Of a DNA stretch of 23,301 nt, positions 16,064 through 23,301 are shown piece by piece. The position numbers were made by a program, and so were the translations under genes. How positions within the stretch are numbered: position 1 is the stretch's first letter; the number at the start of each line of letters is the position of its first letter. The notes beneath the pieces were generated by a model that saw only the letters and a list, made by a program, of their open reading frames with translations, had not been told where the DNA came from and did no database searches. The DNA is taken from the IMG/VR virus record IMGVR_UViG_2531839468_000008, positions 1 through 23,301 of that record, one strand, 5' to 3'. This DNA is from a virus (lineage: Duplodnaviria > Heunggongvirae > Uroviricota > Caudoviricetes).

Positions 16064-17960
16064 TATGATGAGTACTGTCACAACAGCATTACAGCCCCTG
16101 ATAAGGGCATTGCCGGTGACGCCAGTTGAATGGGCTGATCAAAATTATTATCTGCCGAAAGAATCTTCATATGGTGAGGGAGAATGGAAAACGCTGCCAT
16201 TCCAGATCGCCATTATGAACTGTATGGGTAACGACCAGGTTCGCACGGTTAACCTGATTAAATCTGCCCGTGTTGGCTATACAAAGATGTTGCTGGGGGT
16301 GGTCGGGTATTTATTGAGCATAAATCCCGAAACAGTCTGCTTTTTCAGCCCACGGATTCTGCCGCTGAAGATTTTATGAAGTCTCACGCGGAGGCGACGA
16401 TTAGGGACGTGCCATGCCTGAAAGACCTTTCCCCATGGCTGGGTCGTAAACATCGTGATAATACCCTCACGCTGAAACGCTTTTCATCGGGTGTGGGCTT
16501 CTGGTGCCTGGGCGGCGCTGCCGCCAAAAACTACCGTGAAAAATCCGTGGACGTGGTCTGCTATGACGAACTTTCCTCGTTCGAGCCGGATGTCGAAAAA
16601 GAGGGCTCGCCAACCCTGCTGGGGGATAAACGTATTGAGGGCTCTGTATGGCCAAAATCCATTCGCGGCTCGACGCCTAAAATCAAAGGCACCTGTCAGA
16701 TCGAAAAAGCCGCTAACGAGTCGGCACATTTTATGCGTTTTTATGTGTCCTGCCCGCACTGTGGGGAGGCGCAGTATCTGAAATTTGGCGATGAGTCCAC
16801 GCCTTTTGGCCTTAAATGGGAGAAGGACAGCCCCGAAAGCGTTTTCTACCTCTGTGAACATCATGGCTGCGTGATCCATCAGTCTGAGCTTGACCAGAAC
16901 AACGGGCGGTGGATCTGTGAAAACACGGGCATGTGGACCCGTGACGGCCTGATGTTTTTCAGCGCCCGGGGTGATGAAATTCCGCCGCCGCGCTCCATCA
17001 CTTTCCACATCTGGACGGCGTACAGTCCGTTCACCACCTGGGTACAGATAGTCTATGACTGGCTGGATGCACTGAAAGATCCCAACGGCCTGAAAACCTT
17101 TGTGAACACCACGCTGGGCGAGACCTGGGAAGAGGCCGTGGGCGAAAAACTCGATCACCAGGTACTGATGGATAAGGTGGTGCGCTACACGGCGGCGGTG
17201 CCTGCCCGGGTGGTTTATCTGACGGCGGGCATTGACTCGCAGCGAAACCGTTTTGAGATGTATGTCTGGGGATGGGCTCCGGGAGAGGAAGCCTTTCTGG
17301 TGGATAAAATCATCATTATGGGGCGTCCTGATGAGGAAGAGACGCTGTTACGTGTGGACGCGGCGATCAACAAAAAATACCGCCATGCAGACGGAACCGA
17401 AATGACCATTTCCCGTGTCTGCTGGGACACCGGGGGATCGATGGCGAAATCGTTTATCAGAGGTCAAAAAACACGGTGTTTTCCGGGTGCTGCCGGTAAA
17501 AGGCGCATCTGTCTATGGCAAGACCGGTGATCACCATGCCAAAAACCCGCAATCAGCGGGGCGTGTATCTGTGTGAAGTGGGGACGGACACCGCAAAAGA
17601 ATTCTCTATGCCCGTATGAAAGCCGATCCCACGCCTGTGGATGAAGCCACGTCGTATGCCATCCGTTTTCCTGATGATCCGGAGATTTTTTCGCAGACAG
17701 AGGCGCAGCAACTGGTCGCGGAAGAGCTTGTGGAGAAGTGGGAAAAAGGAAAGATGCGTCTGCTGTGGGATAACAAAAAGCGGCGTAACGAAGCGCTGGA
17801 CTGCCTGGTGTATGCCTACGCGGCATTACGTGTGTCCGTGCAACGCTGGCAGCTTGATCTGGCTGTACTGGCAAAATCCCGGGAGGAAGAGACGACCCGG
17901 CCAACCCTTAAAGAACTGGCAGCGAAGCTGTCCGGAGGAGTGAATGGTTACAGTCGCTGA
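16035..17960 (+). pseudogene. A: Terminase large subunit A, split over about five frame changes (or read errors)
   Basis: Lambda gpA-like segments read in successive frames: MNISEQQLNNMM…MLLGVVGY (to about 16310); FIEHK…WDTGG (ORF 16376-17530); IDGEIVYQRSK; KHGVFRVLPVKGASVYGK; PVITMPKTRNQRGVYLCEVGTDTAKE; then ORF 17616-17960. Shifts are at T-run 16308-16313, G5 17432-17436, A6 17466-17471, near 17510-17520 and A4 17594-17597. Confidence 0.85.
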
Positions 17961-18150
17961 ACTGCAGGCGCTGCGTCAGGCGCGCCTTGATTTATTAACC
18001 GGTAAACGGGTGGTGTCTGTCCAGAAAGATGGTCGCAGAATTGAATATACGGCGGCTTCTCTGGATGAGCTTAACCGGGCGATCAATGATGCGGAGTCGG
18101 TACTGGGGACAACCCGGCGTCGCCGTCGTCCGCTGGGAGTGAGGTTATGA
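17944..18150 (+). CDS. W: Head-tail joining protein W (68 aa)
   Basis: Translation MVTVAELQALRQARLDLLTGKRVVSVQKDGRRIEYTAASLDELNRAI… parallels lambda gpW; start overlaps the A stop. Confidence 0.9.
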   Translation: MVTVAELQALRQARLDLLTGKRVVSVQKDGRRIEYTAASLDELNRAINDAESVLGTTRRRRRPLGVRL

Positions 18151-19739
18151 AACGAACGCCTGTCCTGATTGATGTGAACGGCGTTCCGCTTCGTGAGAGT
18201 CTCAGCTACAACGGGGGCGGCGCAGGATTTGGCGGGCAAATGGCGGAGTGGTTGCCACCGGCGCAGAGTGCCGATGCGGCCCTGCTGCCCGCGTTGCGTC
18301 TGGGGAATGCCCGGGCAGATGATCTGGTGCGCAATAACGGAATAGCGGCCAATGCGGTGGCACTGCATAAGGATCACATTGTCGGGCATATGTTTCTGAT
18401 CAGCTACCGTCCGAACTGGCGCTGGCTGGGGATGCGGGAGACCGCAGCAAAAAGCTTTGTCGATGAGGTGGAGGCGGCCTGGTCGGAATACGCCGAAGGG
18501 ATGTCTGGCGAGATCGACGTGGAAGGAAAACGCACGTTCACGGAATTTATCCGTGAAGGTGTGGGCGTTCATGCGTTTAACGGCGAAATCTTTGTGCAGC
18601 CGGTCTGGGATACGGAAACCACGCAGTTATTCCGTACGCGTTTTAAAGCCGTGAGTCCGAAACGGGTGGACACGCCTGGACACGGTATGGGGAACCGTTT
18701 TCTGCGGGCCGGGGTGGAGGTCGATCGATATGGCCGTGCCGTTGCGTACCATATCTGTGAGGATGATTTTCCGTTCTCCGGGAGTGGACGATGGGAACGG
18801 ATCCCGCGTGAACTTCCCACCGGGCGTCCGGCCATGCTGCATATTTTCGAGCCGGTGGAGGACGGGCAGACCCGTGGGGCTAATCAGTTTTACAGCGTCA
18901 TGGAACGGCTGAAGATGCTCGATTCCCTGCAGGCAACACAGCTTCAGTCGGCCATTGTGAAAGCCATGTATGCAGCGACGATTGAAAGTGAACTTGATAC
19001 CGAAAAGGCCTTTGAATATATCGCCGGCGCGCCACAGGAGCAGAAGGATAATCCGCTTATTAATATTCTGGAGAAGTTCTCCAGCTGGTATGACACGAAT
19101 AACGTGACACTGGGCGGTGTCAAAATTCCGCGCCTTTTCCCTGGTGATGATCTGAAACTACAGACTGCGCAGGATTCAGACAATGGATTTTCTGCGCTTG
19201 AACAGGCGCTGCTGCGGTATATCGCCGCCGGTCTTGGCGTTTCCTACGAACAGTTGTCCCGTGATTACTCGAAGGTCAGTTATTCAAGTGCCAGGGCCTC
19301 TGCCAATGAGTCGTGGCGCTATTTTATGGGGCGGCGAAAATTTATTGCGGCCCGGCTGGCCACGCAGATGTTTTCCTGCTGGCTGGAAGAGGCACTTCTT
19401 CGGGGGATTATTCGTCCGCCACGGGCACGTTTTGATTTTTATCAGGCGCGATCAGCCTGGTCACGGGCAGAGTGGATTGGTGCCGGAAGAATGGCCATTG
19501 ACGGGCTCAAGGAGGTTCAGGAATCGGTGATGCGCATTGAGGCCGGACTGAGCACGTATGAGAAAGAGCTGGCGCTGATGGGCGAGGATTATCAGGACAT
19601 TTTCCGCCAGCAGGTCAGGGAATCTGCTGAGCGGCAAAAAGCCGGACTCTCACGTCCGGTGTGGATAGCGCAGGCGTATCAGCAGCAGATAGCGGAGAGT
19701 CGCAGGCCGGAAGAGGAGACAACACCACGTGAGACGTAA
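18147..19739 (+). CDS. B: Portal protein B (530 aa)
   Basis: Lambda gpB-like over full length (e.g. …FEPVEDGQTRGANQFYSVMERLKMLDSLQATQLQSAIVKAMYAATIESELDT…); intact single frame. Confidence 0.95.
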   Translation: MKRTPVLIDVNGVPLRESLSYNGGGAGFGGQMAEWLPPAQSADAALLPALRLGNARADDLVRNNGIAANAVALHKDHIVGHMFLISYRPNWRWLGMRETAAKSFVDEVEAAWSEYAEGMSGEIDVEGKRTFTEFIREGVGVHAFNGEIFVQPVWDTETTQLFRTRFKAVSPKRVDTPGHGMGNRFLRAGVEVDRYGRAVAYHICEDDFPFSGSGRWERIPRELPTGRPAMLHIFEPVEDGQTRGANQFYSVMERLKMLDSLQATQLQSAIVKAMYAATIESELDTEKAFEYIAGAPQEQKDNPLINILEKFSSWYDTNNVTLGGVKIPRLFPGDDLKLQTAQDSDNGFSALEQALLRYIAAGLGVSYEQLSRDYSKVSYSSARASANESWRYFMGRRKFIAARLATQMFSCWLEEALLRGIIRPPRARFDFYQARSAWSRAEWIGAGRMAIDGLKEVQESVMRIEAGLSTYEKELALMGEDYQDIFRQQVRESAERQKAGLSRPVWIAQAYQQQIAESRRPEEETTPRET

Positions 19740-21234
19740 TCTTTCACACATTATTGCCGCAGCATTCAATGAACCGCTGCTTCTGGAGCCCGCCTATGCG
19801 CGGGTTTTCTTTTGCGCGCTCGGGCGCGAGATGGGGGCAGCAAGTCTTTCGGTACCACAGCAGCAGGTACAGCTTGATGCTCCCGGAATGCTGGCTGAAA
19901 CGGACGAGTACATGGCCGGAGGTAAACGACCGGCCCGTGTTTACCGGGTGGTGAACGGTATTGCTGTACTGCCGGTGACCGGCACGCTGGTGCACCGGCT
20001 GGGTGGTATGCGGCCATTTTCCGGAATGACAGGCTATGACGGTATTGTCGCCTGTCTTCAGCAGGCAATGGCGGATAGCCAGGTGCGGGGCGTACTGCTG
20101 GACATTGACAGTCCGGGCGGGCAGGCCGCCGGCGCGTTTGACTGCGCTGACATGATTTACCGCCTCCGTCAGCAGAAGCCGGTCTGGGCACTGTGCAATG
20201 ACACGGCCTGTTCTGCAGCCATGCTGCTGGCGTCGGCCTGCTCCCGACGGCTGGTTACCCAGACATCCCGTATCGGTTCCATTGGCGTGATGATGAGCCA
20301 TGTCAGCTATGCCGGTCATCTGGCGCAGGCCGGTGTGGATATCACGCTGATTTACTCAGGGGCGCACAAGGTGGATGGCAATCAGTTTGAAGCGTTGCCG
20401 GCAGAGGTTCGCCAGGACATGCAGCAGCGGATTGATGCGGCGCGCCGGATGTTTGCCGAAAAAGTGGCGATGTTTACCGGTCTGTCTGTTGATGCCGTCA
20501 CGGGAACAGAGGCCGCCGTTTTTGAAGGTCAGTCCGGCATTGAGGCCGGGCTGGCGGATCAATTAATCAATGCGTCGGATGCCATCAGCGTGATGGCTGG
20601 GGCGCTGAACACACATGATACAGGAGGCACTATGCCGCAATTAACTGCAACGGAAGCCGCCGCGCAGGAGAACCAGCGAGTGATGGGGATCCTGACGTGT
20701 CAGGAAGCGAAAGGACGTGAACAGCTTGCCACGATGCTGGCAGGACAACAGGGCATGAGCGTTGAACAGGCCCGGGCGATTCTGGCCGCGGCGGCACCGC
20801 AGCAGCCGGTGGCATCCACGCAGAGTGAAGCCGATCGCATTATGGCGTGTGAAGAGGCGAAAGGTCGTGAACAACTGGCGGCAACGCTGGCGGCGATGCC
20901 GGAGATGACGGTGGAAAAAGCCCGCCCGATCCTGGCGGCTTCACCGCAGGCGGATGCCGGACCCTCACTCCGTGATCAGATCATGGCACTGGATGAGGCA
21001 AAAGGGGCTGAGGCGCAGGCTGAACAGCTGGCTGCCTGCCCGGGAATGACTGTGGAGAGCGCCCGGGCTGTGCTGGCGGCGGGATCAGGTAAGGCAGAGC
21101 CGGTCTCTGCATCCACAACCGCCCTGTTTGAACGCATCATGGCGAACCATTCACCGGCAGCGGTACAGGGTGGCGTGCCACAGACGTCAGCAGATGGTGA
21201 TGCGGACGTGAAAATGCTCATGGCCATTCCATGA
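19729..21234 (+). CDS. C: Prohead protease C (ClpP/SppA-like S49 peptidase) with in-frame Nu3-like scaffold region at the 3' end; 501 aa, longer than lambda C
   Basis: GTG start with AGGAGA 9 nt upstream; translation …AFNEPLLLEPAYARVFFCALG…DIDSPGG…IGSIGVMMSHVSYAG… is lambda gpC-like; the C-terminal third contains three related repeats of about 37 aa. Confidence 0.9.
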   Translation: MRRNLSHIIAAAFNEPLLLEPAYARVFFCALGREMGAASLSVPQQQVQLDAPGMLAETDEYMAGGKRPARVYRVVNGIAVLPVTGTLVHRLGGMRPFSGMTGYDGIVACLQQAMADSQVRGVLLDIDSPGGQAAGAFDCADMIYRLRQQKPVWALCNDTACSAAMLLASACSRRLVTQTSRIGSIGVMMSHVSYAGHLAQAGVDITLIYSGAHKVDGNQFEALPAEVRQDMQQRIDAARRMFAEKVAMFTGLSVDAVTGTEAAVFEGQSGIEAGLADQLINASDAISVMAGALNTHDTGGTMPQLTATEAAAQENQRVMGILTCQEAKGREQLATMLAGQQGMSVEQARAILAAAAPQQPVASTQSEADRIMACEEAKGREQLAATLAAMPEMTVEKARPILAASPQADAGPSLRDQIMALDEAKGAEAQAEQLAACPGMTVESARAVLAAGSGKAEPVSASTTALFERIMANHSPAAVQGGVPQTSADGDADVKMLMAIP

Positions 21235-21270
21235 AGCCAGTGCTGACCATCAACAGGAGTTTTTTACAAT

Positions 21271-21618
21271 ATGGTGACGAAAACCATCACTGAACAGCGT
21301 GCGGAAGTACGTATTTTTGCCGGTAATGATCCGGCTCATACCGCCACAGGCAGCAGCGGGATTTCCTCGGCAACACCGGCACTGACGCCCCTGATGCTGG
21401 ATGAAGCCACCGGGAAACTGGTGGTCTGGGACGGACAGAAAGCCGGTAGTGCGGTTGGCATACTGGTACTGCCGCTTGAAGGCACAGAGACGGCGCTGAC
21501 GTATTACAAGTCGGGAACCTTTGCGACGGAGGCAATCCACTGGCCTGAAAGTGTGGATGAACACAAAAAGGCCAACGCCTTTGCCGGCAGTGCCCTGAGT
21601 CACGCGGCGCTGCCGTAA
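21271..21618 (+). CDS. D: Head decoration protein D
   Basis: Translation …NDPAHTATGSSGISSATPALTPLMLDEATGKLVVWDGQKAGSAVGILVLP…TYYKSGTF… parallels lambda gpD. Confidence 0.9.
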   Translation: MVTKTITEQRAEVRIFAGNDPAHTATGSSGISSATPALTPLMLDEATGKLVVWDGQKAGSAVGILVLPLEGTETALTYYKSGTFATEAIHWPESVDEHKKANAFAGSALSHAALP

Positions 21619-21675
21619 CACGTTATCAGGCCACCGCGGTGGCCTGACTGATTTCTGAATGAAAGGAACTGATTT

Positions 21676-22704
21676 ATGGGATTGTTTACGACCCGCCAGT
21701 TACTCGGTTATACCGAACAAAAAGTTAAATTTCGTGCGCTGTTTCTGGAGCTGTTTTTCCGCCGTACGGTGAATTTCCATACCGAAGAGGTGATGCTGGA
21801 CAAAATTACCGGAAAAACGCCGGTGGCGGCCTATGTCTCCCCGGTTGTTGAAGGAAAAGTGCTGCGTCATCGTGGTGGTGAAACCCGCGTGTTACGTCCG
21901 GGCTACGTCAAGCCGAAACACGAATTTAATTACCAGCAGGCGGTTGAGCGCCTTCCTGGTGAAGATCCATCTCAACTGAATGATCCGGCTTACCGCCGTC
22001 TGCGTATCATTACCGATAACCTCAAACAGGAAGAGCACGCGATTGTCCAGGTGGAAGAAATGCAGGCGGTAAATGCTGTGTTGTATGGCAAATACACCAT
22101 GGAAGGAGACCAGTTCGAGAAAATTGAGGTCGATTTTGGCAGGTCGACGAAGAATAACATCACTCAGGGTAGTGGTAAGGAGTGGTCAAAACAGGATCGT
22201 GACACGTTCGATCCTACACATGATATTGACCTCTACTGCGACCAGGCCAGCGGTCTTGTGAATATTGCCATTATGGACGGTACCGTCTGGCGTCTTCTGA
22301 ATGGTTTTAAGCTGTTCCGCGAAAAACTGGATACCCGTCGCGGTTCAAATTCTCAACTCGAAACGGCAGTGAAAGATCTGGGCGCAGTGGTGTCCTTCAA
22401 GGGGTATTACGGCGATCTGGCCATTGTGGTGGCGAAAACGTCTTATATAGCAGAAGACGGTATCGAAAAACGTTATCTTCCAGATGGCATGCTGGTTCTG
22501 GGGAATACTGCTGCAGATGGGATCCGTTGTTACGGTGCCATTCAGGATGCTCAGGCGTTGTCCGAAGGTGTGGTGGCCTCTTCCCGTTATCCGAAACACT
22601 GGCTGACGGTAGGGGATCCCGCCCGTGAATTTACCATGACGCAGTCCGCGCCGCTGATGGTGTTGCCGGACCCGGATGAGTTTGTGGTGGTACAGGTGAA
22701 ATAA
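21676..22704 (+). CDS. E: Major capsid protein E (342 aa)
   Basis: Lambda gpE-like over full length (…PGYVKPKHE…AYRRLRII…VEEMQAV…KLDTRRGSNSQLETAVKDLG…GDPAREFTMTQSAPLMVLPDPDEFV…). Confidence 0.95.
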   Translation: MGLFTTRQLLGYTEQKVKFRALFLELFFRRTVNFHTEEVMLDKITGKTPVAAYVSPVVEGKVLRHRGGETRVLRPGYVKPKHEFNYQQAVERLPGEDPSQLNDPAYRRLRIITDNLKQEEHAIVQVEEMQAVNAVLYGKYTMEGDQFEKIEVDFGRSTKNNITQGSGKEWSKQDRDTFDPTHDIDLYCDQASGLVNIAIMDGTVWRLLNGFKLFREKLDTRRGSNSQLETAVKDLGAVVSFKGYYGDLAIVVAKTSYIAEDGIEKRYLPDGMLVLGNTAADGIRCYGAIQDAQALSEGVVASSRYPKHWLTVGDPAREFTMTQSAPLMVLPDPDEFVVVQVK

Positions 22705-22712
22705 TCCGTGAG

Positions 22713-22741
22713 CGGGGGCGAAATGCCCCCGTGTCTTTTTT
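22713..22741 (+). terminator. Hairpin followed by a T-run just after E (putative attenuator or partial terminator)
   Basis: 7-bp stem CGGGGGC / GCCCCCG with a GAAAT loop, then GTGTC and six T residues (22736-22741). Confidence 0.4.
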
Positions 22742-22755
22742 CACAGGGGGCTGAT

Positions 22756-23130
22756 ATGGCAACGAAAGAGCAAAATCTGAAACGGCTTGATGAACTGGCC
22801 CTGATTCTGGGGCGTGAGCCGGATATATCCGGGAGTGCCGCAGAGATAGCGCAGCGGGTGGCAGAATGGGAAGAGGAAATGCAGTCATCCGGCGATGATG
22901 TACAGGTTATGAATATGGATATCCGGGAGCGGGAAACCGCGGCTCATGATGTTCGTGAGGAAACATCCGGCGCGTTAACGCGCATCAGAGTTCTGACCTG
23001 CCTCCATCTCTGTGGCGTTGATGGTGAAACGGGGGAATCCGTTGAGCTTGCGGATGTTGGTCGGGTGATTCTGATTATGTCCTCAGATGCAAAAACACAT
23101 GTTGATGGTGGAATGGCTGTTTATGCGTGA
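22756..23130 (+). CDS. FI: DNA packaging protein FI-like
   Basis: Internal ATG of ORF 22708-23130; acidic protein with N terminus MATKEQNLKRLDELALILGRE… resembling lambda FI (MTKDELIARLRSLGEQLNRD…) in position and character. Confidence 0.7.
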   Translation: MATKEQNLKRLDELALILGREPDISGSAAEIAQRVAEWEEEMQSSGDDVQVMNMDIRERETAAHDVREETSGALTRIRVLTCLHLCGVDGETGESVELADVGRVILIMSSDAKTHVDGGMAVYA

Positions 23131-23301
23131 TTTTCAGAATGCCTTTGATGCCGCCCTTGCCGGGGTGGACAGTACGATTGTTGAAGTGATGGGCATCAGT
23201 GCGCAGTTCACCTCCGGTGCACAGCGTGGCGGCGAAGTTCAGGGGGTTTTTGACGATCCGGAGTCGCTGGGGTTTGCCAGTAGTGGGATCCGTATTGAAG
23301 G
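23123..23301 (+). CDS. FII: Head completion protein FII, 5' portion (continues past window end)
   Basis: ATG at 23123 overlapping the FI stop; translation MRDFQNAFDAALAGVDSTIVEVMGISAQFTSGAQRGGEVQGVFDDPESLGFASSGIRIE parallels lambda FII (MADFDNLFDAAIARADETIRGYMGTSATITSGEQSGAVIRGVFDDPENISYAGQGVRVEG). Confidence 0.8.
   Translation, partial: MRDFQNAFDAALAGVDSTIVEVMGISAQFTSGAQRGGEVQGVFDDPESLGFASSGIRIE

Noticed and set aside
16467-17158. Minus-strand ORF of 224 aa inside the terminase A gene
   Set aside because: Antisense to the lambda gpA-like frame, GC-rich and without start context.
17976-18572. Minus-strand ORF of 198 aa across W and the start of B
   Set aside because: Antisense to two well-supported structural genes.
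19744-20319. Minus-strand ORFs of 191 and 141 aa inside C
   Set aside because: Antisense to the protease frame; Arg/Pro/Ala-rich translation typical of GC-rich antisense frames.

Overview
The window is one lambdoid prophage segment in prophage gene order. It starts inside N (minus strand) and runs through a phage-434-type immunity region (cI, cro, three OL and three OR operators), lambda-like replication genes O-P-ren with a six-iteron origin, a mosaic nin region (NinB, Dam-type methyltransferase, NinD/E, RusA, NinH), Q and pR', an AT-rich cargo island, a NanS-like esterase, a phage-21-type lysis cassette (pinholin, SAR endolysin, Rz/Rz1), an Rha-family gene, cos, and lambda-like packaging and head genes (Nu1, A, W, B, C/Nu3, D, E, FI, start of FII). 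An IS110-family element sits in the N leader between nutL and the N start codon. The IS transposase, cII, nu1 and A are broken by 1-nt frame changes, most of them in homopolymer runs; from sequence alone I cannot tell real decay from read error. The most interesting unexplained content is the AT-rich island between Q/pR' and nanS (multi-pass membrane protein plus small ORFs, in the slot where Stx phages carry stx), the signal-peptide gene coupled to the cI stop codon in the rex position, and the structured non-coding left end of the IS110 element (bridge-RNA candidate). All identifications come from reading the translations and motifs against remembered lambda, 434 and phage 21 sequences; no database search was run. 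No rRNA, tRNA or CRISPR array was found.
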